A DNA stretch of 64,000 bases, from NCBI RefSeq assembly GCF_035594765.1, contig NC_085846.1, forward strand, positions 13,565,190-13,629,189, read 5' to 3'. The notes below the pieces were generated by a model. That model was not told the origin of the DNA. It saw only the letters and a program-made list of their open reading frames with translations, and did no database searches. The position numbers and the translations under genes were made by a program. Source of the stretch: Anolis carolinensis. Lineage: Eukaryota. Shown piece by piece: positions 26,296 through 40,307 of this stretch (position 1 is the stretch's first letter; each line of letters opens with the position of its first letter).

Positions 26296-28473
26296 TTCGT
26301 CCTCATTCCTGGTACCCTCATTACTCCATCCATTCAGTGCCAAGCCTTTCCTCACAAGGTCTTCTTTTCAAACCCTCTCCTCTTTGGGAGTTTTTCTTCT
26401 TCCCTTTCTATTGTTCCTCGACTTCATAACCAACCCAAATCTGCTTTCTTACCTTTATTGTAACAGTTCATTACTTGGCCCACTCTCCATTTTACTGTCA
26501 TGTCTTTTTCAGTTATTGATTTTTCTGTTAAATTTGAGTCTTAATGCTTTTGACTTTCCACTTGTTTTTCTTCTGAACCTTTCCCGGCCTCATAATCTTC
26601 TATAGTCCACTCCAAACTAGACTGTGGTCCTTTCTTCCTGTGACCCATAATATCTTTCTTTTAGAATGGAGACCTCTTGGCTCTTAACTTAGGATCCATG
26701 AAACAACTCCAATGTAAAAATAGCTGTGTTGGGGCAATGCATATCAAAGGTACCTACACTGCTTCTCTGCTAAATAATGTACAGTACCTTGACCTGTTAC
26801 TGTTTTTTTTTTCCAGAAGCCAAGGGCAAGAAGTTGCTTAGGTTGGTATGTGTATATATGTCCACACACACAAACCCCACAGGTACATAGAAACTCTGTT
26901 CAGTGTCTGGTCTCTTTGATCTTCCGTCCTTCACCCTACAACGGGTTTTAGTCTGAATACACCACCCTTTCTTAAATTGTTTACCTGGTTCACCTGTATG
27001 AAGGGAAAAATCTGTATTTAGAATACTTAAAGTGTTCTGGTTAAAGCTGTGACTACATCCCTTTTAAAAGTTTACAACGGGCTAATTTGTAATGAAATAA
27101 CTACAGTAGAATACATTGGATTATAAATCCATTACTACTTTAGAGCAGATTATTTTAAACTGGGTTTAGTCGCCTGTACGCCGAGATGAATAAATCTAGT
27201 TTGGAATAATTCAGAAGAAAATTGCATATTAGCCATCTCATTAGAACAGGTGGTAACCATCCCTGAAACCAGTTCATTTATTTGCCTGTTCTTCTCTTGT
27301 GAGGAAAGTTCTGGATCTGTTCATAGCTATTTTTCCCCTCTGAATCAAAAAACCCAGTTTAACACGGTCTCCTTAAGTATATGTCTTGCAATCCAAATCC
27401 ATCTGAATCCCCCCATCAACTTAATGCATATACTATAACATTGCTTCAAAATACTCCAGGTGTTTTAAAACCCCGTTTAGTAGGCATCCATCCAAACAAC
27501 ATATTATAGTCAGAACTATTGCTGCCCTCTCCTGCACAATGTAGTGCAAGATTCAGGTATAGATTTTCGATTCCCTTATTTATCCTTATCTTTCAACAGA
27601 ATATTATTCTCTCTGGTCCTCACCTTCAAATGCTTTCAGTCCCTTGTTTTACAGAGGGAAGGGTACGCAGTTCACACCACCTTATGCAAAGTGTAATATA
27701 GGGATTCCAACAGCTCTTTGAGCCCTTTCTTTGGTGTTGTTGGGATGGGGGAGAAGGAGGGAAGGTGAGCTTGTAATGAACCATTGCATTTATAAAAATT
27801 AATTACACGTAAATATATTTTTGCAAGGGAGAAGGTGTTATTTTTCCTCTCCCCTCTTTGTTGTTTTTTCTTTCTGTATATCCTCCCCTCCCTGGAGGAG
27901 GTAATCTTGCATTAATTATTGTAACTTTTTTTGTATTTGCATAATTTATTTTAAATTGTGGGTTTTTTTCTATTAAATTATTGTAATAAAGGTTCCTGCT
28001 TTAAAAAATGTTGTATTTTCTGATTTTTTTATATTAAAGAGAGGGAAGCATAGGGATACTTTCGGAAGGGGGGGGGGCTGAAGCCCCTCAAGCTCCCCCC
28101 CCCCAGCTACATGCCTGCCTCAGCCTAGCCTAATGCTATCTAGTTGCTTCTCATTGAGGACTGCAGACTTGAACCTGTGTGGTTGAATTCCAACACTTTC
28201 AACAGCTGATAGTAACTAGAGCAATTATACAAATAGGGGCCAAAAGACACCAAGACAGGTGATGTTTTAATAACTTTTCTGGGTGTGGGTGTGATAAAAT
28301 GCATGAAGAGGGGGCAGCCAGGAAGACACAGCTCCATCATGTCTTTTGCAACAGCACTTGGGAGCCCCTCAATATAGATAATAAAATAATATATAGAAAT
28401 AACCTTATAATGTAATAATACTATTTTATATATAATTAATAATGTAAAATAACATATATTACACTACTTACAA

Positions 28474-28844
28474 CAGGGGTCCCCAAACTTTTTAAACAGG
28501 GGGCTAGTTCACGATCCTTCGGACTGTTGGAGGGCTGGACTATAGTTGGCTACTGAGCAATAATAATAATAATAACAACAACAATAAAAAGAGGGTTGGA
28601 AGAGACCCCTTGGGCCATTTAGTCCAACCCCCTTCTGCCTATGCAGAACCAAAAGCACAAGCAAAGCATCCCTGACAGATGGCCACCCAGCCGCAATGTT
28701 AATAATAATAATAATAAGGGTTGTAAGAGAAGAGACCCCTTGGATCATTTAGCCCAACCCCCTTCTGCCCTTGTGCCATGGGGGCCGGATAAATGGCTTT
28801 GATGGGCCGCATCCAGCCCCCGGGCCTTAGTTTGGGGACCCCTG
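28474..28844. mobile_element. hAT (hobo-like) non-autonomous element
   Basis: TIR CAGGGGTCCCCAAACT; perfect 8-bp TSD ACTTACAA. Confidence 0.9.
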
Positions 28845-30019
28845 ACTTACAATATGGTACAATATATTATATAATACTAATAGTATAATATACTGGTAGT
28901 GTATTATATATATTGTATAATAATATAGTACAATATAATCTATAATAATATACTTGTATATTATATATTACGTATTAATAATATTGCAGGATGGTGGTAT
29001 AGTATAATATAATAATATATAATACTAATATTGTGCTATGCTAATAATATAACATTGTTTTGGTTTTCCCCTGACATTAAGTCTAGTTGTGTCCAACTCT
29101 GGGGATTGGTGCTCATCTCCATTTCTACGCTGAAAAGCCAGCGTTGTCCATAGACACCTCCAAGGTCATGTGGCCGGCATGTCTACATAGAATGCCATTA
29201 CCTTCCTGCCAAAGCAGTACCTATTGTTCTACTCACATCTGCATGTTTTCGAACTGCTAGGTTGGCAGAAGCTGGGGCTAACAGCGGGAGCTCATCCCAC
29301 TTTCTAGATTTGAACTGCCAACCTTTTGGTCCGCAATCTATGGCAGGCATCCTCAGGGTTGTGAGGTCTGTTGGAAACTAGGCAAGGGAGGTTTATATAT
29401 CTGTGGAATGTCCAGGGTGGGAGAAGGAACTCTTGTCTGCTTGAGGCAAGTGTGAATGTTGCAATTGGCCAGCTTGATTAGCATTGAATGGTTTTGCAGC
29501 TTCAAAGCCTGGCTACCTCTTGCCTGGGGGAGTCCTTTGTTGGGAGGTGTTAGCTGGCCCTGATTGTTTGTCCGGCAGGTGAAACGTCAGGAGAGAATGC
29601 TTCTAGAACAGTGGCCTTTGGTCCTCCAGAAATCCTGGCCAGCTTATAAGCTGTTAGTAACTGTGGGAGCTGAAGTCAAAAACACCTGGAGGCCCAAAGG
29701 TTGGGAACCACTGTTCTAGAACATAGCTATACACTCTGGAAAACTCACAGCAGTCCAGTGATTCCGGCCATGAAAGCCTTCGACAACACATTGTCCAGGC
29801 TCTGTGTTTTGAACTGGAGAGTCCTTGGTTATTTATCAGGAGATTCACAGGCAATGCGTTAAAGCGAAAGAGGGACAGAAGAGAAAGGGCTCCCAGATTC
29901 ATCCAAAACACCTGGAGGGCCGAAGTTTGCCCATGCCTGGAATAGATTGATGCACAGAGACATACTTGAAACCTAAAGCCCGCCAGGCCTCGATTCCGTT
30001 GGGCCCAATGCAAGAGGCC

Positions 30020-30350
30020 TAGCTGGGCGTCGCCACACCACTTTTCCTGCCACATGATTCGGGGAATCCGGTCACATGACCCCGGGGGGGGAAAGGTTCT
30101 GGCTCACGTGGTGGCTTCCCTTCCCGGAAGCGGCGGCGCCTGGGCGGTCACATGACCCGAGGAGGCCAAAGGGGGAAACCGGTCACGTGGCGGGGGTTGG
30201 CTGGCTGGGTGAATGTGCCGGGCGGCGGGCTTGAGGGAAATCGCCCGGGCCTAAGGAAGAGGAAGGCGGGCAGGAAGGAAGGAAGGAGGGAAGGAAGGAA
30301 GGGGGAAAGCGTCTGGGCCTGCAGGGAGAAGCGCAGGGCCTTCTTTTTTC
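30020..30350 (+). promoter_or_regulatory. CpG-island promoter of the NUFIP2-like gene with clustered E-box/CLEAR-type sites
   Basis: CACATG 30051, GTCACATGAC 30071 and 30147, TCACGTG 30104, GTCACGTG 30182; ETS core CCGGAAG 30124; high CpG density. Confidence 0.75.
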
Positions 30351-30962
30351 AGGGCGAGGTTCCTGGTTTGTTGCGGGGGAAACCGTTTGGGCGGCGGGTT
30401 TCGCTCTCTTTTGGGAAGGCCCCGATCGGAAAGCGCGAGGGGAAAAAAACAACCCGTCAGGAGGAAGGCTTAGGGCCTGTTTCCCAACTCTGAAGAGTAG
30501 CGTTGGCTGGAGAGGGGCCTCCTTAAGGAAGTAGAGAAAAAGGCGCTTTTGTGGGGCATTATTTTGGTAGGAAAAATACATTTTCTCTGTAGGGGATGGG
30601 AGCAAGGTACTGAGTAACGGGAAACGAGAAAGTAATAGGGAGTAGAAACAACTAAAAATAGAAGAAGAAGGAGAAATCACTTTTTAAAAAAATACTAAGC
30701 TGTTTGTCTTGAGATTATTTAGGAGCAGTTCTAGTTGCAAATACCACAGGCCCCATAGAATAAAAGCTTTTCTGAAGGAGTTGCCATTGAGGCCCGCTTC
30801 TGTCTGTCTTGATTGTTTTTCCGCCTGTAGCTTTTCAGGAACTAGGAAAGAGTTAATAGGAGGGTCGGAATACACCCATAGCTAGGTCTCGGGTCTCAAG
30901 GAAGGCCGTTTGCATCGTTGGGGGGTTTCCAACCAATCTATATCCCGGGGCATCCAGAGGCC

Positions 30963-32439
30963 ATGCAGAAAGAGGAACTGGGCATGGATGAGAACCGCAA
31001 CCCAGAAGAGGAGCTGCACCTCCTGGCAGCAAAGAAGGAGAAATGCCACAACCTCAGCAACCGCATCCGCACAGGTGAGTTATTATTATTATTAGGTTTA
31101 GTTATAATAACAATAATAATAATAAACTTTATTTCTAGATCACCCTCTCTCCCCAGAGGGACTCAGGGCGGTTTGCATACATATAAAACAGCAAACATTC
31201 AATGCCACAACTACATCACTTAATATCAAAAAATAAATAATAAGTAATAACAATAAAATGTTAAGTAACATATTAACAATAAATTTCAAAATAACAGTTA
31301 AACCAATAAGAACGTTATTGCACACAGCATATACCTAGACCAGGGGTCCCCAAACTAAGGCCCGGGGCCGGATGCGGCCCTCCAAGGTCATTTACCTGGC
31401 CCCTGCCTTCAGTTTTATAATACAACATTTTTATATCAGTTTTAATAATATAATATTGTATATACATATAATATTGATAGAAATATATAATGTAATACAA
31501 TGTCATACTAATAATAATACCATATAATAATATTAATTATATATTATATATTACATGCAATATTACTAATAATATTACAATATATCAGTATAATTCAATA
31601 TAGTAATATATAATGCTAATATTGTTCTATGCTAATAATATAATATATTGTATATAGATATAAATTGTAAGCCGCTCTGAGTTCCCTTCGGGGTGAGGAC
31701 AGGATATAAATGTAGTAAATAATAAATAAATAAATAATTTTTTGACTTCGGCTTGCCCAAAATCTGAAATGACTTGAAGGCACACAACAACAATAATCTT
31801 AATTAACTTGACTATCTTGTTGGCCAGAAGCAGGTCCACACTTCCCATTGAAATCCTGATCGGTTTAAGTTGGTTAAAATTGTTTTATTTTTAAATATTT
31901 TATTTTTCTTTTGTTGTTGTTGTTGTTGTTGTTTTTGCACTACAAATAAGACATATGCAGTGTGCATAGGAATTTGTTCATTTTTTTTCTTCAAATGATC
32001 ATTCGGCCCCTCAACAGTCTGAAGGATTGTGGACCGGCCCTCTGCTTTAAAAGTTTGAGGACCCCTGACCTAGACCAATTAAAATGACCCAACTACAGAG
32101 GGTGTCTGGCATTAATTCAACATGTTATACCACACTTTTTTCTCCACAGAGGAGGCTCCTTTGGAATCTCCATAGGAGTATTTTGTTTCTCTCCACAATA
32201 TTCCCACAAAGCCCAGTGTTTTTTAGGGCCTGCTTTGGAGCCTGGAAAATCTCAGCCATAATAATAATAATAATACAATTATTTTTATCATGTCAGAAGC
32301 AACTTTATTACATACTGCAAGTCCCTTCTGGTGTGAGAGAATTGGCTGTCTACAAAGACATTACCTGAGGATGCCCAGATGTGTTACCATCCTGCTGGGA
32401 GGCTTTTCTCATGCCCCAAATATAATAGTAATATATAAT

Positions 32440-32473
<34 letters not shown>

Positions 32474-35400
32474 TATTTATATTCTGCCCTATCTCCCCAG
32501 GGGGACTCAGGGTGGATTCCAACATACAAAAAGGCAAACATTCCGTACCTTAATGAAACAAGCACATACTGACAAAATAATCCAGAATTAACGCCACATG
32601 TAAATGTAAAATTAGAACCTAACATCAATAAATTAAACAAAACGTAAGCAAACAAAATTATATAACGACATAAAAATTATATAATGACATGAAACTGCCA
32701 TCACAGCCACTTGGAGTTTGTACTTTTCTTTAAAAAGGTTATCAACTTTGTTCTATTGCCAAATTAAGACTGTTAGGAATCATGGGAGTTGAAGTCCAAA
32801 ACACCCAAAGTTTGCCTATGCCTGGCTAATCCATTATCCCTTTAGTCTCAATAATCTCTGAACTACTGGATTCAGAGTGCCTTCTTACTTCATCTTTTCT
32901 TGCCTCAACTGTGTAATTTCTGCCATGTTTGTGGGCACGAAATCTCATCTTTCGCCTCCAGTGGAGTTCCCCACAGTACCCCCTCTCCTCATATTGGGAA
33001 AATCATCTAAACTAACAGCTGTATTTCAGAGGAAAGAGCTGGCAAAACCACATCAGAGTATTCTTTCACTTTAAAAAAACCCTGTGAAATTTACAGGACC
33101 ATCAAAAGTTGACTGGCAACATACACAAGCAGCCTGAAGGCACATGTACATATACCCGCCCCCTTCATATTGGGAAAATATTGAAACTACCAGCTATATT
33201 TCAGAAGAAAGTTTCTCTCTACCACTAGAGTGCATTCCTGCTTCATTTTTTCTTGCCTCGACCATATAGAATCATAGAGTTGGAAGAGACCACAAGGGCC
33301 ATCCAGCCCAGCCCAATTCTTCCATGCAGGAAAATGTGTAGTTTCTGCCAAACCTGTGGACATGAAATCTCATCTGCTATCAGCAATACTTCAGAGGAAG
33401 GAACTGGCAAAACCACCTCTGAGTATTCCTTGCCCAGGAAAACCTTGTGAAATTCACAGGATCTTCATAAGCCAACAGGCAACTTGAAGGCACATGCATG
33501 CACATACCAGTTACCACATCTTTACAGACTATTGAGAGTCATGTCCACCCGCTGATAATTCTCAATGCACCAGTCTACACTAGCACTGGTTTCCTGTTCC
33601 CACCAGGATACCCCCTGTTCAGTTGCCCATTTAGTGGCTCCTTTTTTTTTGCAACAGAAATCTAAATGCAAGCTGTCCTTTTTGATCTGTAAATGCTGTA
33701 AATAAAACCTTCTTTCTGTCATGCAGGGAGTGGAGCAGAGCTGGGCTACAGGCCAAGCCAGGTCTCCAGAGAAGGTGTGTTATACTGAATTGGGGCTTTC
33801 CTATTCTTCTGTCATGGTGTCTGTGTGTTTTTCTGTCTCAGAAGGGCTTCATCTCACTGCAGGATGAGATAACGTTCACCCTCAGAACACCCAATTCCAC
33901 ACTATAATCCCTAGCCACTCAGTCTTGTTTATTGAAAAAGTATGAAAGAAAATGTGATTGTTTGCAACTCTTTTTATTTACTAGATACCAACTTTTCTAT
34001 TTATCGTACTTGTGGAAGGGTATAGCATTTATTTAATAGTGCAATTAAGCTTATAAATTAAAAGAACTGAAGATTTTAGAACTTCATATTCTCAGACTAG
34101 CAAAGTATGGAAGAACCCCATAGTTCAGAATTTCTAGGATTTTTTAAGCAAATGCAACAATCCCAAAGAAATGAGATTTAAGTCTTGGGTTTGACTTCCT
34201 TACATTTTGGCATTTGTCTCCAGCATTTCTGTTTTTCCTTTTTTACCTCTTTTTAGAAAAGCATAAAAATGAAGAGGCAGGTAGTTTGAAGCTAAAGCAG
34301 CATTCCATTTAACAACTACTTGGTAGCCAAGGGCAACCAGAAGTTTCGTGTGAAAAATGAGTGGGCTGGCGAAAGAATGACACATATATCCAGTCTTTCT
34401 CCACTAGCCTACTTGGTTTCTGTTGTGGCTGTGAAGGAGGGAGACTTATACTTCCTTCACCAGCCTGTTGGCAGAAAGCCTTTTTTTTTATAGTTGCTTA
34501 CCGAGGTACTAGTTGCTTGTCTTTCAGAGCTGGCCATAGAACAACAGGCGCCTCACCTCGTTTGTGTAAACAAAGTCCCAAGCAGTTAATAAAGAGGGGG
34601 GAAGTCAGCTTATAACTTCTTTTGACTTATTCAAAAGCCCAGCTAAATAAAAAAGCAAAGAGGTTAAAACAGTTTCAAGAGTGGTATTTCAGATTTTTGC
34701 TTTTCCTAAACTGTATCAGTATATAGAAGGGCCATTCCTGTGCTTGCCTCCAATCCCTTCTCTGTACATTTAAATGATTGTTTTGGAGGTTAATAAGCTT
34801 GTTATACTAAGGGATTTCTTTTTTTAAAAAACCTCTGTAGATTGGAAAGATGAGCGACACCTTGGGTTTTCCTGCCCATAACACATGTCTGGAGCCTGAT
34901 GCTCTTGTAAAATATGAACCTCTGCTTCTTCCTTTTATAAGGCCAGTGAGCTCCAAACTGGAGAAAAGGATTCAGCATTCAGCAGAAAAGCAGCAAACAT
35001 ACTTTGAATTTTTAAGGGTTCAGATGACTTGGCACCCTGCATTCTTACCAGATTTAAAATACTAGTTCAATAGGGTGCCCTATTTTATTTTAGTTACACA
35101 TGGGAATTGATAAGTCATAACTCATACATATGGGAAGTGACAGAGTAGTGGTAGGACTGGTGTGTCAGGGGCCAGTATAATTTTTTTGCCCATTAGTTAC
35201 AGTTGTTTTTCTTTCTTTCTTGCAACTCACCAGTTCCTCAGGAGCTGGCACCACACTGAGCAGCACTAATGCAGTAGTAAAAAATGGTTCTGGACACAGT
35301 TATGACAAGTTGAAAAAGTAACTACAGTAGAGTCTCACTTATCCAAGCCTCGCTTATCCAAGCCTCTGGATAATCCAAACTATTTTTGCAGTCAATGTTT

Positions 35401-38400
35401 TCAATATATCGTGATATTTTGGTGCTAAATTCGTAAATACAGTAATTACTACATAGCATTACTGCGTATTGAACTACTTTTTCTGTCAAATTTGTTGTAT
35501 AACATGAAGTTTTGGTGCTTAATTTGTAAAACCATAACCTAATTTGATGTTCAATAGGCTTTTCCTTAATCCCTCCTTATTATCCAAGTTATTCGCTTAT
35601 CCAAGCTCCTGCTGGCCCGTTTAGCTTGGATAGGTGAGACTCTACTGTAAATAAAATCTGGGCCCCTGCCTTTATACCAGAAATGAGAGGAGGCATTATT
35701 TTAAGAGATATGCCAGGATGCCTGTGACTCAGTATTCTCCTAATTGTGTGACTAATGCAAACCTTGCTCTCACTGTTGCTGTCCTTCCTCTTCAGGGTCA
35801 TGGGAGTCAAATGGTTATACCACCCCCGCTGAGATAGCAGATGAGCCCAGTGTTCCCCTGAGCCCTTCTAACAGCCTTAACATCCGCAACCTCCAGTTGT
35901 CTGAACGGGACCCTCCAGTTCCTCACCACCCGCGCCGCTACCCTCCCCACTTCTACCACAGCCGGCCCTTCCATGCTGCCTACCGCAAGACCTACCGAGG
36001 GAGTCCCTCAGACCGCAAAGAATGGGGGCCCAGCACCAATGGCCATCACCACTGTGCTCCGGAGGGTCTTTCCAATGGGCGATGGCAGCATCGGCGCCGG
36101 GGCTACTCTGACCCACCTTCCCCATCCTCCTCTCCGGAGTCAGAGCGAGGCGGCACCGTCAAAGCAAGTGAGAAACCTGCTGTGGCAACTAATGCCACTG
36201 GCACAACCACTGAAGAGTCTGGAAAGGAAACATGGTCACTCTTCAGGCCTCTTCCCGCTTTCCCGGTCGATAGCAGCAGCGCCCGGATCATCCCCAAGAT
36301 CTCGTATGCCAGCAAGCTGAAAGAGAACTTGGATCAGCCAGGGAAAGCCTGCCATGTTCCTGCCTCAGCCGTCCGCACCACGAATAGCCTCCCCAACTGT
36401 GTCTTGGCGCCACCCCCAAGTAACTCCCCACCTACTGACAACAGTCGGCGACAACATCTGGGAGCCATCTTCCAAAATGAATGGGGCCTCTCCTTTATCA
36501 ACGAGCCAGGGGCCGGGCATGGAGGGGGTGGCGGGACAGCATCAGATAAGGAGGAAGAGGAAGCAGATCCTGGAGCATGCTGGGAAAAAATGGAAGCTGG
36601 TGACTGGCAAGCTGCAAGAAATTATCATTTGGAAGGTAAGATGATGGAAGAGACCTAGGACTGTGTGAGGGAAGTGTGGCCACTGAGCTATGTATTCAGG
36701 CTTGGGAGCTGTGTGAATATATTATGTCTGTTTTGATTGAATATATTATGTCTGTTTTGAAGGGGATGATGTGAAAGATCAGGGATGCTTATGGTGATGG
36801 TGAAAATGTTTCAGGATGCCTTTTGAATTGTATGGAAGGGGAGGCAACTGGGATAGTACAAGATGTCTAGCGAGGAAGTAAAGGGCAGGTAGGGCAACTA
36901 GGGTTTAGATAAAATATAATTTATCTTCAAACTCTGTGCTTTGTTTTTCCTGAAATGTGCATTTGGTCACCACAGTTTCTTGATTCAGTTAATATTGAAA
37001 GCATTCTTAGTGAGTAGTGAGCTGCTTGACTATGTCCGAGGATGTAGGGACACTGATTGTTATTTAGTAATACGGCAAGTCAGTGTATAACTTCTAATTT
37101 TCCTTTTTTCTCTTTCCTAATATAGAATGGAGTCATATATGGGAACTACACAATCAAGGTAAGTCATGGAATGAACTCCCTGTACAATTCTCGATCAATC
37201 AAACTTAGACCTGTAAGATCAGTGATACAGGTAGTGTAGTACTTCCTGGTCCAGCTGACTTGATATTTTGTGCCCAGCTATCTGTATCTTCACTGCAGAA
37301 CTCAAGGTTGGCTATGTGATTTCCAAACTGTGATTTAGGTGATTACATACATTAAAAGTAGTCTTATGGATTTCTGGAGAATACAGTTGTACGAGTTGGA
37401 GGGATGTAAGAGATGGAGTGGTATTTGGAGATCTTTGAAGGGGGACATTATTCCAAGAGTCAATGTGTACTTTATCTTATTTTTTATCAGAAACAATAGC
37501 TGGGACCCTTTGCAATTACCGTAATAGCTGGATTAATAGCCACAACAATTAATAGCTGGATTAATAGCCACAACAATTAATAGCTGGATTAATAGCTACA
37601 ACAAATACAAACTGATCTTTACTTTAGAAACATAATTTTCTTAATGCATTGGTCAGTTCCTTGTCATATAGCCATTGACACATGCACATAAATACCCCGA
37701 TGAAGCACACTATTTTATAAAGGAAATTTTATCTAAAAGTTGAGACAGGGTGAATTCATATTTTAACATCCTTTGACTTTTTGAAAACAAGACTTTAGTT
37801 GTGCTTGAGCACATAGTTCCTAATTTTCAAGCCTTAATTGCTGCATGATGCTGACTAATCTAGAGCCTAACCCTCCAGTGAAAGGATCACATTGTGCTTT
37901 GCAAAATATTTTCAGTCAGAGAACATAAATCTGGACACCTCATATGTCAGTGACACCTAAGACCCATTAGTCAGCACCATCCAAAGACCAACAGAGCAGG
38001 GCATGCCTTCTGCAGTAGCAGCTATTGAATCTGGATAAGGTGTACAGATGCTATTACAAGGCTGGCTGGTTTTCTGGAGTATGGGGAGATGTAGAAACTA
38101 TACTGAATGAGATTGGGACACATGGGGAGAGGTGCTGGAGACAACCACTGATTCTGGGTGTGGGTTTGCCCTCGATAGTTCAGCCCATTTATAGGATAAC
38201 TGTGTTCTTGTGAAGACTTGTCAGAGGTCTATTATTTCACTAACTTAATACATTAGACTAGGGCTAGCAAACACATTTGCACTGAGGGCCACATCAGCCT
38301 TACGGTTGCCTTCAAAGGGCCATTGATGGAGAATCTGGATACAGAGGGCCAACTATCATATTTCTACATAGCGTTTGGTACACTTTAGTTTTTATCCATT

Positions 38401-38763
38401 TTGGGTCCCCAGATGTTATTGAATTCAATTCAAATCCCACTCTCCTGACTAAAAGAATAAACTGCAGTCTTCTGGATGTTACTGCATCACAACTCCATCA
38501 GCTCTAGTCATGATGTCTAATGACTGAGGAATATAGGAAGACAGTATCTAGAAGGCCACATAAAATGACATGATGGACTAGACTGAATTTGATACATGTG
38601 CATTAGAATAATGAGGCCTGAAGAAACCCTGGGATCTGTTTTGCCATGAAACATCTCTACTGAGTATGTGTGTTCATTTCAACATCACCACCTGTTTTTC
38701 TTTTCCCCTCTAGCTCCTAGCAGAGTGATGGTCTACACGGATACCTTGGACGGAAAAGGTTAA
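30963..38763 (+). CDS. NUFIP2-like protein (~344 aa), compact paralog of nuclear FMR1-interacting protein 2
   Basis: Exons 30963-31074, 35796-36635, 37126-37158, 38714-38763; all introns phase 1, 1035 nt in total. NUFIP2 blocks: GYTTP, KETWSLFRPLPAFPVDSSSARIIPKISYASKLKENL, LGAIFQNEWGLSFINEPGAG, YHLEEWSHIWELHNQ. AATAAA at 39036. Confidence 0.85.
31341..32067. mobile_element. hAT (hobo-like) non-autonomous element
   Basis: Same TIR family; perfect 8-bp TSD ACCTAGAC; carries an L2-type 3' tail internally. Confidence 0.9.
37522..37605. repeat. 28-bp tandem repeat x3
   Basis: TAATAGCTGGATTAATAGCCACAACAAT repeated three times head-to-tail. Confidence 0.9.
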
Positions 38764-40307
38764 CTCCAAGGAAGCCCAGGGGAAACACCGCTAAGATATG
38801 AGGGGGAACATGGGGAGAGGCCAAGCGCCTGCCCCTATTCCCCTTGAAGACCGGAGAAGCCCAGGCATCTTGAAAGGGGAAGCTATGCCACCTGCCTACC
38901 TCCCTCCCTCCGCTGTTATAAGCCCAAATTGCCCCGAGTGGGGCTCATGTCTCATCCCCTCCCCTTTCCCACTGATTCAATGCTCTGGTTTTTAATTTCT
39001 TCACATGGTTTTTAATTTCTCTGGATTCCCCTGAAAATAAAGGCAAAAAAAGAATTTATTTAAATTCACATCTTTGGCATGGCCAGTGTCTGATTCTTGT
39101 CCAGCAGAACACAGAGATGAATAGCCAACTTTGTTACTAATACAATGCTTTGGGCTGTGGTGATGGGACATGAGATGGAAGGAGGTACTTTGAGAGCTGG
39201 AACACCTTAACAGAAATGAGGGAGTTGGGATCTCCTTCTGTGCATCCTTTAAGTATGCAGGGTCAATTTTGAAAAGTTGCCTATTTATATATGCTGATTG
39301 ATGGGATTCTCGTTTCTTTAATTGCTGTAAAGCCCTAATCTTCAAAAATACAACAGGCAATTTTGTTGAAAGGCTATACATAAATACATTTTGACAATTG
39401 TAAGAGCAGCACTTGAATAATGGTAGTGTATTGGAGAGGGTTATAATTGAGAGACTCAACCACATTTCAATAGAATCTCATATACATGTACATATATGTG
39501 TGTGGGCAAGTTTTGGATAGCATAGGAAAGGATGAATACCCCTGTGATGTTTGTTTTGCTGTCTCTTCCTGTTCAGAAGATTTTTGTCTCACTTTCTGTC
39601 CCCGAGAGAACTGGATTTTGAAAAAAAATCGACTTGTGGAATCGAGGATTGGGGATAAAGCTTCAGTTGAGACACCTTTTCCCCATGATAACTCTTTCAG
39701 GAGAGAATTTCCCTTCCTAGAGGTAGATTTCTCTCACTTCCTTTTGTCACACTCTAGTTTTTAATTATGAGTCATTTGTAAGTTGGATGTTTGTCACTCG
39801 TGGACTGCCTGTCTATATAAAAGTCAAAATACTGGTATGTCTTCTGTTGGTTTGTACCACAAAGCCTCCTAAATGGATTGATGGATCTGGACCATACCCT
39901 CCATTGTCCTGTCCCCAACTTAAAATAATGGAAATAAAACAACCATTGAGGGGGAATGTGTTGTTGACGGCTTTCCTGGCCAGAATCAACAGACAAAGAG
40001 TTCTTTCTCCCAACCTGGACCTTCCACAGATATATCAACCCACTTGCCTAGTTTCCAACAGACCTCACAACCTTTGAAGATGCCTCCCATAGATGAGGGT
40101 GAAATGTCAGGAGAGAATGCTTCTGGGACATGGCCATACAGCCTGGAAAACTCACAACAACCCAATGTAAAGTTATTTAACTACCCATTTCATGCCCAAA
40201 GCAAAATTAAAGAAAAGTAACAAAGCAGATTTGGTGAGGTGGCTCTATGTCACATGACCAAGAAAGAAAGGGAGTAAAGCCGATTGGCTGCTGCTGGGTG
40301 ACCTGTG

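Noticed and set aside
26105-26605. 166-aa ORF overlapping the KCTD13 last exon
   Set aside because: Alternative frame running into the pyrimidine-rich 3'UTR; no supporting signal.
37522-37605. 28-bp repeats resembling a CRISPR array
   Set aside because: Head-to-tail with no unique spacers, in a eukaryotic intron; a simple minisatellite.
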